Part shown: piece after piece, positions 22,676 to 31,905 of the stretch
How the letters are laid out: every line of letters starts with the position of its first letter
Numbering within the stretch: the first letter of the stretch is position 1
From: Nostoc sp.
GTDB taxonomy: Bacteria > Cyanobacteriota > Cyanobacteriia > Cyanobacteriales > Nostocaceae
Reading direction: 5' to 3'
DNA length: 64,000 bases
NCBI GenBank assembly: GCA_036918135.1
Contig: JBALDB010000039.1
Location: forward strand, 88,068-152,067
Notes under the pieces: model-generated
Databases searched by the model: none
Told to the model about the DNA's origin: nothing
The model's input: only the letters and a program-made list of their open reading frames with translations
Made by a program: the position numbers and the translations under genes

Positions 22676-22711
22676 CTGTGGGTGCATAAGCAAGCATCTA
22701 CAGGAATTTTT
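22675..22711 (+). terminator. Probable intrinsic terminator downstream of glmS
   Basis: CCTGTGGGTGC / GCATCTACAGG stem (two G-U pairs) followed by AATTTTT. Confidence 0.55.
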
Positions 22712-22741
22712 ATGAGACCAACAGTAATCTAATATCGATAA

Positions 22742-22946
22742 TAAGTAGAAGGACTAAATTAAACCTAACTTGAGATTATCGGGTTTCGACACTTCGACTT
22801 CGCTCAGTGTCCACTGCGCTCAACCCTCTTCTAGTCAGGCTCTTGAGCATTGAGCGAACTTGTACTGACTTGTGCCGAGCAAAGCCGAGGTAGCGTAGTC
22901 GAAGTAGTCGAAATGTGTCTTCTAAATAATTGTGTCCACTTACTTA
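22742..22946. repeat. MITE-like element containing nested short dispersed repeats
   Basis: Imperfect terminal IR TAAGTAGAAGGACTAAATTA / TAATTGTGTCCACTTACTTA; internal TTCGAC...GCTCA and TGAGCG...GTCGAA repeat units. Confidence 0.6.
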
Positions 22947-22956
22947 TTACATTTTC

Positions 22957-24291
22957 TCACGATCGCCATCGTTTTCTCAGCCACCAAACCACACAACCAA
23001 CAATGATTCCAACCATCAGACTGGAACTGAAAGGGTAATCGCAAAAATAAGGAATTTTAGGAAAGATATCTTTCCTACTTTCTTTACTACAAAAATCTTT
23101 AGCAGGCGATAGTAGTAGAGATGTTGTTGCTATTGCTGAACCTGCGACAGCTACTAATTCTTGAAAATTGCGATCGCGTTCTGCTTTTTCGGCTTCTATG
23201 CGACTACGAGTAGCGTTAATTGTATCTTCTAAAAGTTGCAAGCCAAGCTGCATATTTTCGACATCTTTATTAATTTGTAGTAAATATTTTTTATTAGCTA
23301 GGGTACTAAATTTTTCTAAAAAATCTAACTGATTGTTTTCACCTGCTTTTTCTTTAATTAAAGCCAAGCGTAATTGATAATTAGATAAATTAATTTCAAT
23401 GATTTGTTTTTGAAAAGAGAGGTTTAGTAAATCGATTGTGTATTGCTGAAGAATGTTATCAATATTATTTAAAATTTTCCGAGAACTGGTAAAATTTTGC
23501 TTTTCTTGCCAATAATCACTTTGATTGGTAATTTTTCTATTTTCTTCAATTTTTTTATAATGAATGAGCAGAGATTCTTTGACTAAACGACTTTGCCAAT
23601 AAGCCCAGGAAATCTTACTTCGATAACAAAATAACCCCATCCAATCTTTATAAAATTCTGCAGCTTGTTCTGCGCTCTCTCGATTAGTATAAATAGCAAT
23701 AATTACATGATGTTCGGGACTACTTAGAACATTGGTTACTTTTTTTAGGCTGTAATTTGTATTTTCTGAACGCCATATTTCAAAAAATTTTCCGCCTAAA
23801 AAATTACCTTGTTCTGGTTGCCAATAAGTATCTTTAAATAAAGCATAATAGCAATCTTTAGCAATATCTTCAAAATTTTGAGACGAGTTTTCTGGTAGCC
23901 AACCAGAAAGCAACCAGGTTTTTCCAATTGTTTCCAGTTCTTTATTTAGTTTTTGTTCGATTTCAGTTTTTAAGATTGCAAAAGACTTAGCTGGTTGAGG
24001 TTCGGTTTGATTATTAATAGAGCAATCAAGTTGTAAGCCATAAGTATCATTTAATCTAACAGCATAATAGTATCCTTCTAAAGTTTTATTCTGGGAAATA
24101 AAGTTAACTTGAGTAGGATGGCTAATCTCTAAATACTCGGCTTCAATGTCAGGATCGTGAAATTGAGTGTCAGAGGGTAATTGAGCTAAAAAAGCCACTT
24201 GGTTTTTTTGTGTTTCTGCATCAGTTGTGTTTAAAGAACTTTTTAAAGCATATAAAAACAAATCGAGTGTAGGATAGATTAAATCGCTCAT
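22957..24291 (-). CDS. Hypothetical protein with C-terminal coiled coil and two TM helices (CATRA/CorA-like architecture, tentative)
   Basis: 444 aa; globular N-region, long helical region, hydrophobic LVAVAGSAIATTSLLL and SLMVGIIVGCVVWWL segments, basic tail. Confidence 0.7.
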   Translation of the reverse strand: MSDLIYPTLDLFLYALKSSLNTTDAETQKNQVAFLAQLPSDTQFHDPDIEAEYLEISHPTQVNFISQNKTLEGYYYAVRLNDTYGLQLDCSINNQTEPQPAKSFAILKTEIEQKLNKELETIGKTWLLSGWLPENSSQNFEDIAKDCYYALFKDTYWQPEQGNFLGGKFFEIWRSENTNYSLKKVTNVLSSPEHHVIIAIYTNRESAEQAAEFYKDWMGLFCYRSKISWAYWQSRLVKESLLIHYKKIEENRKITNQSDYWQEKQNFTSSRKILNNIDNILQQYTIDLLNLSFQKQIIEINLSNYQLRLALIKEKAGENNQLDFLEKFSTLANKKYLLQINKDVENMQLGLQLLEDTINATRSRIEAEKAERDRNFQELVAVAGSAIATTSLLLSPAKDFCSKESRKDIFPKIPYFCDYPFSSSLMVGIIVGCVVWWLRKRWRS

Positions 24292-24304
24292 TACAATGAA
24301 AAAA

Positions 24305-24775
24305 CTAATTTGATGGATTTAATTGAGATAAAAATTGTTTCCATTTTTCTAAAAATGTGGCTTGTTTAACTGTTTCTTCTGGCTGAGAAGAACTACCAAC
24401 AATGACTACAACATTATTGAGTTGGCTTTCGTAGCCTATAGCTTCATTTTTTGGTTTAAAGCCTTTAGTTATTGGAGCTTTTTCAAGAGTATTGAGTTTA
24501 CTAATTTCTGCTGACGTAGGAAGTAAATCGGCTGGGATTTCTTCTACATTATCTAATTGAGATTTATAAAATTGATAAGATTGATTTAAATCAGGATTTA
24601 AGGTAATTATTTCTAATAAAAGCCCTTTAATATAGTCTTCCCAAGCTTTGGGTTGGGTGTCTAATTGCTTGGCAATTTCTTTTAAATTCTGTTTATCTTG
24701 TTCTCCAAGGGCGGTTTTTAAGTCTTGAAATGCTAAGAGAAAAGCGATGATAGTATTGTCAGCCTTTGTATTCAT
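24305..24775 (-). CDS. Small helical hypothetical protein co-transcribed with the 444-aa gene
   Basis: 156-aa ORF ending 13 nt upstream of the next start; no family recognised. Confidence 0.75.
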   Translation of the reverse strand: MNTKADNTIIAFLLAFQDLKTALGEQDKQNLKEIAKQLDTQPKAWEDYIKGLLLEIITLNPDLNQSYQFYKSQLDNVEEIPADLLPTSAEISKLNTLEKAPITKGFKPKNEAIGYESQLNNVVVIVGSSSQPEETVKQATFLEKWKQFLSQLNPSN

Positions 24776-25062
24776 AGGTTTTTATATCAAACTCATTACG
24801 ACTAGTATAAATGTAATTTAAGTGACATGATTACAGCAAATATTTGATGTTCCGTTTTAATTTTTTCTATATAAAAAGAATAATTTACACAATAAAACGT
24901 TGTTTGTTATACCTTTTGTTGCGTAAATTAATATAGTTTATTGCACGGTTTTCTATTATTTTCCGTAGAAACTAAAGAACGCTGTGAATTAAGTATTAAA
25001 GCTGTGGACAGATTTTGCCTACAGTTCAACAAAAAGTTCTAATAATTAGTCAGGTAAGAAAA

Positions 25063-28000
25063 ATGGCATCGGAATGGGCGGCTATTGTTATTGGAATTAA
25101 TTATTACCCAGAGTACACTACCTTAAAGCCGCTAACAGCAGCAGCAGAGGATGCTGAGAAAATTGCCAAACAATTAGAACAATACAGTTATAGACCTTTT
25201 CGCGCTCAGTGTTTACCTAGAACTTTAAACCCCAAGGGAGAAAGTAAAATTGACCGTCAAGGGGCAGTAAAGGTGCAAGAATTGAGAGAAGCGATCGCTA
25301 ATCTTTTCAATCCTCCTCCTCCTAACCCCATCCCAGAAACAGCTTTATTCTTCTTTTCAGGACATGGCTGGTGCAAAACTGTGGCGGGTAAGGAAGAAGT
25401 GTTTCTAGCTACCAGTGATGCCCTACCTGAAGCAGAAATTTATGGTATACCCTTAAGTTGGTTGGGAGAGCAGTTGCAAATAAGTCCAGTTAAACGAGTC
25501 GTTGTTTGGCTAGATTGCTGCTATAGCGGTGAATTGTTAAAATTTATTCCCACAAATAAAGACTACTGTTTAATTACTGCAACCCGTTCCTACGAAACTG
25601 GAGTCGAAATTCCCCATACGCAGGGGTTGTTGACGGAGGCGTTACTTGCAGGATTGAATCCTGAAAATGACGCAGATGGGATTATCAATAGCCACAAATT
25701 GGCAGATTTCATTATCAGCCGAATGTCGAATACAGTCCAGCGTCCGTTAATTGCCAATTCCACACGAGCAATTTTGCTGAGTACTAAGTTTTCGCAAAAA
25801 AGCTTTCAGGATAAGTGTCCTTATCGTTCCCTGTCATATTTTACCGAAACAAAGGAAGACGCTGAGGTTTTTTATGGGCGGAGTGCGCTAACTCAGGAGT
25901 TGATTCAACAGGTAAGAGAACAGCATCGCCTAATTGCCGTATTAGGAGCTTCCGGTAGTGGAAAATCATCTATGTTACGGGCTGGGTTACTCTACCAGCT
26001 GAAGCTAGGGCAAGAGATTCCAGGGAGCGATCGCTGGACTTATATTACTCCCTTTACGCCTAAAGAATCTCCTGTTAACAGTTTACAGGAAGCTTTTTCA
26101 CTTTCCTTGCCAAGCTACGGTGTGCAGACAAGTCAAATTACCCCCCTTAATCCCACGCCACTTGCTACAACGGATAGCGCAGCGTTAGCGAGTACTCGAG
26201 CGTCGGGAACCTCCGCAACGCAGTGGCTCCCCTTGGAAAGGGGGGAAACCAGAAAATCTAATTCCCTCTCCCCTAGCTTTGTGCCAATATCTACTGTGCA
26301 ATTGGAAAGGGGGGAAACCAGAAAATCTAACTCCCTCCCCTTTACAGGGGGAGGGTTGGGGAGGGGTAATCTTGCCCATGTCATCGGCGAGCAGTTAAAA
26401 GCATTAAACACACCAGTAATTTTGATTATCGACCAGTTTGAAGAATGCTTTACTATGTGCGATGACAGCCAGCGCCAAGAATTCTTTGACTGTTTGCGGG
26501 AATTAATTGACTGTATAGATAACCTCTATATTTTCATTGGGATGCGATCGGATTTTCGGGCGAGATGGCGAGAATATCCCAAATTTGCTGGCAGAATCCA
26601 TAAACCTTACATCAACATCGAACACTTAACCCGTGATGAAATTGCAGAAGCGATTACTAAACCGGCTGATTGGGTAGGATTAGGCATAGAGGGAAGGTTA
26701 GAACAGCAACTAATTAATGATGTTGAGGATTACCCCGGAAGTTTGCCTTTGCTGCAATATACGTTGACAGAATTGTGGCATGAATCGAGAAATCAAGGTG
26801 ATGAACTTCTCAGCCTGAAAACTTATCAGGATTTAGGCGGGGTGGAAGGAACGCTACAAAAACGCGCTGATGCAATTTACGACAGTCTTTTACTAACAGA
26901 AAAAACTGTGGCGCGGCGGATTTTTCTGGAATTGACGCAAATGGGAGAAACCACAGATGTACGGCGACGCGTGCGTTTGGGCGAATTGGTTAATTCCCAT
27001 CATTCCTTGGAACTTTTGCAACAGGTGAGCGAGAAGTTAGCGGATAAAGATGCACGATTAATTACAAAGACGGATGAACCGGATTCCCAGGATGTAATTT
27101 TAGATGTTGTCCATGAAGCCTTAATCCGCCACTGGCAAATGTTGCGGGATTGGAAAGAGGAATATAAGGTGGGAATAGCCATTGAGCGACAGATTGAAGC
27201 AGAAGCCCAAGAATGGGAGAGGAATGATAAAAAGCCAGGGTTTCTCAGAAAAGATGAGAGATTAGCAGTAGCAGAAGCATATTTAACTAGATTTGGCGAT
27301 TGGCAAATGCTAAATGGAGTAGCCGAGGAGTACATTCAGGAAAGTCAAGAACTGCGAAATCGCTTGGTTCAAGAAGAGAAAGAACGCCAACAAGAAAAGT
27401 TGGCAGCAGCACGGCGGCAAAACCGAGTCGTTATCTTGTTTAGCATCGGGTTAGCTGGAGTAGCTATCTTTGCGGGTTATCAATGGTATAACGCTCAAAA
27501 CAAAGCCAAGGAAGCAACAGAACAAAGTGCGATCGCTCTGGCGCAACAAAGTTCTGAATCTTCGCTAATATCTAACAAGCAAATTGAGGCTTTAATTGCA
27601 GCTACACAGTCAAATAGACAACTTTCAGGTAGAACACTTAGGAAAGATGTCAATTTAGAACAAACGGCTAACCAGCAAGCTGTAGTCGCACTAAGGCAAG
27701 CAATTTACAATATGCAAGAGCAGAATCGCTTGGAAGGGCATAGCAATTATATCTATAGCGTAAGATTCAGCCCCGATGGCAAGACCATCGCTTCTGCTAG
27801 TGCTGACAATACCGTTAAACTCTGGAATGCGGTTACAGGTAAAGAAATTACTACCCTCAAAGGGCATAGCAATTTTGTTGGTGGCGTAGCATTCAGCCCC
27901 GATGGCAAGACCATCGCTTCTGCTAGTGCTGACAATACCGTCAAACTCTGGAATACGGCTACAGGTAAAGAAATTACTACCCTTAAAGGGCATAGCAATT

Positions 28001-29625
28001 TTGTCTATAGCGTAGCATTCAGCCCTGATGGCAAGACCATCGCTTCTGCTGGTGTTGACAAAACCGTCAAACTCTGGAATGCGGCTACAGGTAAAGAAAT
28101 TACTACCCTCAAAGGGCATAGCAATGAAGTCAATAGTGTAGCATTCAGCCCCGATGGCAAGACGATCGCTTCTGCTAGTGCTGACAAAACCGTCAAACTC
28201 TGGAATGCGGCTACAGGTAAAGAAATTACCACCCTCAAAGGGCATAGCAATCGGGTCACTAGCGTAGCATTCAGCCCTGATGGCAAGACCATCGCTTCTG
28301 CTAGTGCTGACAAAACCGTCAAACTCTGGAATGCGGCTTCAGCCAAGGAAATTACTACCCTCAAAGGGCATAGCAATCGGGTCACTAGCGTAGCATTCAG
28401 CCCCGATGGCAAGACCATCGCTTCTGCTAGTACTGACAATAGTGTCAAACTCTGGAATGCCGCTACAGCCAAGGAAATTACTACCCTCAAAGGGCATAGC
28501 AATTATGTTTATAGCGTAGCATTCAGCCCCGATGGCAAGACCATCGCTTCTGCTAGTGCTGACAGAACCGTCAAACTCTGGAATGCAGCTACAGCCAAGG
28601 AAATTACTACCTTCAAAGGGCATAGCAATTGGGTCACTACCGTAGCATTTAGCCCCGATGGCAAGACCATCGCTTCTGCTAGTGCTGACAATACCGTCAA
28701 ACTCTGGAATGCAGCTTCAGCCAAGGAAATTACCACCCTCAACGGCCATAGCGATCGGGTCACTAGCGTAGCATTCAGCCCCGATGGCAAGACCATCGCT
28801 TCTGCTAGTACTGACAATAGTGTCAAACTTTGGAGTACGGCTACAGCTAAGGAAATCATCACCCTTAACGGGCATAGCAATGAAGTCAATAGCGTAGCAT
28901 TCAGCCCCGATGGCAAGACCATCGCTTCTGCTAGTGCTGACAAAACCGTCAAACTCTGGAATGCGGCTACAGCTAAGGAAATCATCACCCTCAACGGGCA
29001 TAGTAATTCGGTTACTAGCGTAGCATTCAGCCCTGATGGCAAGACCATCGCTTCTGCTAGTGCTGACAATACCATCAAACTCTGGAATGCGGCTACAGCC
29101 AATGAAATTACTACCCTCAAAGGGCATAGCAATTTTGTCGCTAGCGTAGCATTCAGCCCTGATGGCAAGACTATCGCTTCTGCTAGTGCTGACAATACTG
29201 TCAAACTCTGGAATGCGGCTACAGCCAGGGAAATTACTACCTTCAAAGGGCATAGCAATGAGGTCACTAGCGTAGCATTCAGCCCTGATGGCAAGACCAT
29301 CGCTTCTGCTAGTGCTGACAATACCATCAAACTCTGGAATGCGGCTACAGCTAAAGAAATCATCACCCTCAACGGGCATAGCAATTGGGTCACTAGCGTA
29401 GCATTCAGCCCTGATGGCAAGACCATCGCTTCTGCTAGTGCTGACAAAACCGTCAAACTCTGGAATATATACCCAAATCGCCTTAAGAATTTAATAATTT
29501 CTGGTAGTCTCAACGATCTGATGATCTACAGTTGCAACAGGCTACATGTTTATTTACAGTCAAATCCCAATGTGAGCGATAGCGATCGCACTACCTGCGA
29601 TGGCATTCCTACTAAAAGCAATTAG
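25063..29625 (+). CDS. Caspase-like peptidase (C14) - STAND NTPase - TM - WD40 protein (NLR-like)
   Basis: AIVIGINYY, FFFSGHG and WLDCCYSG (His/Cys dyad); CPYRSL, GASGSGKSS Walker A, IIDQFEE Walker B, LPLLQYTL, HEALI (nSTAND1-type); one TM; 14 WD40 repeats; start reassigned to ATG 25063. Confidence 0.92.
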   Translation: MASEWAAIVIGINYYPEYTTLKPLTAAAEDAEKIAKQLEQYSYRPFRAQCLPRTLNPKGESKIDRQGAVKVQELREAIANLFNPPPPNPIPETALFFFSGHGWCKTVAGKEEVFLATSDALPEAEIYGIPLSWLGEQLQISPVKRVVVWLDCCYSGELLKFIPTNKDYCLITATRSYETGVEIPHTQGLLTEALLAGLNPENDADGIINSHKLADFIISRMSNTVQRPLIANSTRAILLSTKFSQKSFQDKCPYRSLSYFTETKEDAEVFYGRSALTQELIQQVREQHRLIAVLGASGSGKSSMLRAGLLYQLKLGQEIPGSDRWTYITPFTPKESPVNSLQEAFSLSLPSYGVQTSQITPLNPTPLATTDSAALASTRASGTSATQWLPLERGETRKSNSLSPSFVPISTVQLERGETRKSNSLPFTGGGLGRGNLAHVIGEQLKALNTPVILIIDQFEECFTMCDDSQRQEFFDCLRELIDCIDNLYIFIGMRSDFRARWREYPKFAGRIHKPYINIEHLTRDEIAEAITKPADWVGLGIEGRLEQQLINDVEDYPGSLPLLQYTLTELWHESRNQGDELLSLKTYQDLGGVEGTLQKRADAIYDSLLLTEKTVARRIFLELTQMGETTDVRRRVRLGELVNSHHSLELLQQVSEKLADKDARLITKTDEPDSQDVILDVVHEALIRHWQMLRDWKEEYKVGIAIERQIEAEAQEWERNDKKPGFLRKDERLAVAEAYLTRFGDWQMLNGVAEEYIQESQELRNRLVQEEKERQQEKLAAARRQNRVVILFSIGLAGVAIFAGYQWYNAQNKAKEATEQSAIALAQQSSESSLISNKQIEALIAATQSNRQLSGRTLRKDVNLEQTANQQAVVALRQAIYNMQEQNRLEGHSNYIYSVRFSPDGKTIASASADNTVKLWNAVTGKEITTLKGHSNFVGGVAFSPDGKTIASASADNTVKLWNTATGKEITTLKGHSNFVYSVAFSPDGKTIASAGVDKTVKLWNAATGKEITTLKGHSNEVNSVAFSPDGKTIASASADKTVKLWNAATGKEITTLKGHSNRVTSVAFSPDGKTIASASADKTVKLWNAASAKEITTLKGHSNRVTSVAFSPDGKTIASASTDNSVKLWNAATAKEITTLKGHSNYVYSVAFSPDGKTIASASADRTVKLWNAATAKEITTFKGHSNWVTTVAFSPDGKTIASASADNTVKLWNAASAKEITTLNGHSDRVTSVAFSPDGKTIASASTDNSVKLWSTATAKEIITLNGHSNEVNSVAFSPDGKTIASASADKTVKLWNAATAKEIITLNGHSNSVTSVAFSPDGKTIASASADNTIKLWNAATANEITTLKGHSNFVASVAFSPDGKTIASASADNTVKLWNAATAREITTFKGHSNEVTSVAFSPDGKTIASASADNTIKLWNAATAKEIITLNGHSNWVTSVAFSPDGKTIASASADKTVKLWNIYPNRLKNLIISGSLNDLMIYSCNRLHVYLQSNPNVSDSDRTTCDGIPTKSN
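26111..26368. repeat. Nested short dispersed repeats inserted in frame within the STAND domain
   Basis: CCCCCCTTAATCCC[ACGCCACTTGCTACAACGG...GGGAACCTCCGCAACGCAGTGGCT]CCCCTTGGAAAGGGGGG plus a ~35-bp direct repeat at 26233-26267 / 26302-26336. Confidence 0.7.
27730..29466 (+). repeat. 14 near-identical 126-bp WD40 coding repeats
   Basis: GGGCATAGC...GCATTCAGCCC(C/T)GATGGCAAGACCATCGCTTCTGCT recurring every 126 bp. Confidence 0.95.
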
Positions 29626-29800
29626 CTTTGCAGCCAGAAATCAATTACTGCTACTGCGATGCCTGTGGCGGGCGTAGCCATCGCACTTTCGGGAAACTTG
29701 CGGGGCGATGTACTTCTTAAAACAGGCGATCGTTTCACTGGTCTTCGTGGCTGTTCCCTGAGCGAAGTTGTTCGCGCAGCGTCCCGTAGGGAAGGGAGCA

Positions 29801-29983
29801 TTCGTGCAAGCTGCAACAACTTCTGCTTTCACGTTTGCGTGTTTCGCGCAAGCTGTAGCAACTTCCGCTTTCCTTACAGCAACTTCCGCTTTCACGTTTG
29901 CGTGTTTCGCGCAAGCTGTAGCAACTTCTGCTTTCCTTGCAGCAACTTCCGCTTTCACGTTTGCGTGTTTCGCGCAAGCTGTA
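29801..29983. repeat. Tandem repeat built from 21-bp units (63-bp superperiod)
   Basis: GCAACTTCCGCTTTCACGTTT-GCGTGTTTCGCGCAAGCTGTA-GCAACTTCCGCTTTCCTTACA repeated about three times. Confidence 0.85.
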
Positions 29984-30316
29984 ATATCAAGCAACTAACC
30001 TCAATGCAATTGTGCAATCAAACCAAGGCTATCTAGAGACTCGATATCGCCAAAGTTATCGTATTTTGATTGATGCCTTAATTACAGCACTAGCTGATAG
30101 TTCAGTGTCCTCTACGGGCAATTATGCTGTTTTCCTAATTCTCTATGACAATTTTGCTCGGAATAATCCAGGATTTGATACTAATTTAGACCTTGGTCGG
30201 CTCAAAACAATATTTACAAAATTAGAAGCTTCTTAATCACTAAACACATCAAAAAAAACAGCACTTATCGAATCAATAAGTACTGTACTCTCTAAAGACA
30301 TAAAATACAAAGTTAT

Positions 30317-30709
30317 TCAAAAAGCAGAACGAAAATCGCCTGTATCACCCTGCCGAGTATTTTTTGAAATAATTGCATCAGCAAAACCACCTGTTAAACC
30401 TCTTTGAGTTGTAGATATACTTAAATTACATGAACTGTTATTACGTACCGAGCGACCAATTCCATTTAATGTTCCAGTCAATCTACATGACTCAATTAGA
30501 TTTCCTAACGCTCCAACACTCACAGTGGTCAAAGCAGTAAAAACAGTACGATTACCTGCGAAATTACGCTCACTCCATATGCAAGCACTATTCACAGGAC
30601 AATCGGGTACAGTTTGGGCTTGAACCACATTGGATCTTATCCAGCTAGGAATTATAAGACTTACAGAAATTCCCACAATTACAGCGAAAACTATGATTAA
30701 TTTTTTCAT
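30317..30709 (-). CDS. Secreted protein, peptidase inhibitor I36 / beta-gamma-crystallin-like
   Basis: Signal peptide; CPVNSACIWSERNFAG and RSVRNNS motifs; four Cys. Confidence 0.65.
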   Translation of the reverse strand: MKKLIIVFAVIVGISVSLIIPSWIRSNVVQAQTVPDCPVNSACIWSERNFAGNRTVFTALTTVSVGALGNLIESCRLTGTLNGIGRSVRNNSSCNLSISTTQRGLTGGFADAIISKNTRQGDTGDFRSAF

Positions 30710-30721
30710 TGATTTTTACTA

Positions 30722-30940
30722 TTATGAATTCTGTATTTTTTGAACTAATTGTCTGAACTGTTCAAAGGTAAAGGTATCGTTTGGTTGTATATCCCCCCAT
30801 CCTTTGCCATTTGTAAATGCATCCTTTTCACCTTGCCCAAATAAGTCTAAAGATAAAATATCATCGCCGGATATTTTTCCATCTCCATCGCTATCTAGCC
30901 GATCAAAATAGTCTTTGAGTCCATCTAGATTTGTTCCCAT
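30722..30940 (-). CDS. Small EF-hand protein (CSE-like), paralog 1
   Basis: FDRLDSDGDGKISGDD canonical EF loop; second degenerate hand ending TFEQF. Confidence 0.8.
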   Translation of the reverse strand: MGTNLDGLKDYFDRLDSDGDGKISGDDILSLDLFGQGEKDAFTNGKGWGDIQPNDTFTFEQFRQLVQKIQNS

Positions 30941-31253
30941 AAGATTCTTTAGTTAATTATTCAAAAACCATGTATTAACAGCATATTATGAATTTGACAC
31001 TTAACTCAAGAAAAATTCCTATACAATCCACAACAATCAGCCGTTAAGCCCCTAGTCGCCTTTACTGGGGGCTTCTCTGTTCTGTCCCCCAAGCACGACG
31101 ACCGCCCCCAGGATTGCCCTAGAGTGCCCTAAAGTAACCAAATAATCTAATCATTTACAACCTAAAACTAAATCAAAAACAAAACCAGCCAACAATTTAA
31201 ACTAAAAAAGTCACTTGCTGGCTGGTCATTAAATTAGCTTTAATTCGCTACTG

Positions 31254-31490
31254 TTATGAATTACGTCGTTCTAGAACTAATTGTTTAAGCTGTTCAAGGG
31301 TATATGTCTTACCAGGTTCTAAATTGCCTAACCCTTTGCCATTTGTCAAAATACTCACATGTGATCCCTGAATCACATCACGTTCCGCATACATTAACTC
31401 AGTCCCAGATATTTTTCCATCTCCATCTAAATCCGATCCTTGAAAAAGTAGTTGAAATAATCCTGTTTCAACTTCATTAAATTCTGACAT
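31254..31490 (-). CDS. Small EF-hand protein (CSE-like), paralog 2
   Basis: DLDGDGKISGTE EF loop; shares TNGKG and TxEQ motifs with paralog 1; AAGGA RBS. Confidence 0.8.
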   Translation of the reverse strand: MSEFNEVETGLFQLLFQGSDLDGDGKISGTELMYAERDVIQGSHVSILTNGKGLGNLEPGKTYTLEQLKQLVLERRNS

Positions 31491-31905
31491 AATGTCCTTT
31501 AATTAAGTATTTGATGACCATGTATTGACAGCATATTATGAATTTGACACTTAACTAAAAAATTATTGCCCATAGCGCAAGAGTACCCCCAGCCAACGAC
31601 GATCGCCCCCAGGATTGCCCAATAATGCCCAATCAAGCCACTAGCTCACCACACTAGTGGCTTTTGCCATTACAGCCCTACTGCCACCCTCTAGAGCCGC
31701 TATTGACCCGTTGATGATATAACAACTTCTGCTACGGAAATTATAAATGATTAGCCGAACATGGTATCACCGCCGTAAGTAGCTGCAATCAAATACTTCA
31801 ATTAATGCGATCGCAGCAAAATATATGTTGCGGTTTGCTGCTTTGTCAATTGTTAACTGAAAGTGTTTAGTTTGCACTTGATGACAACTTCGCCAGTGTG
31901 CCTAC

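Noticed and set aside
27730..29466. Diversity-generating retroelement acting on the WD40 array or on the precursor cores
   Set aside because: No reverse transcriptase in the window, no template/variable repeat pair, and differences are not confined to adenines
27691..29513. Long antisense ORFs over the WD40 region
   Set aside because: Shadow frames produced by the stop-free 126-bp repeat; the plus-strand WD40 frame explains the sequence
29801..29983. Possible CRISPR array
   Set aside because: Units are contiguous tandem repeats with no unique spacers, and no cas genes are in the window
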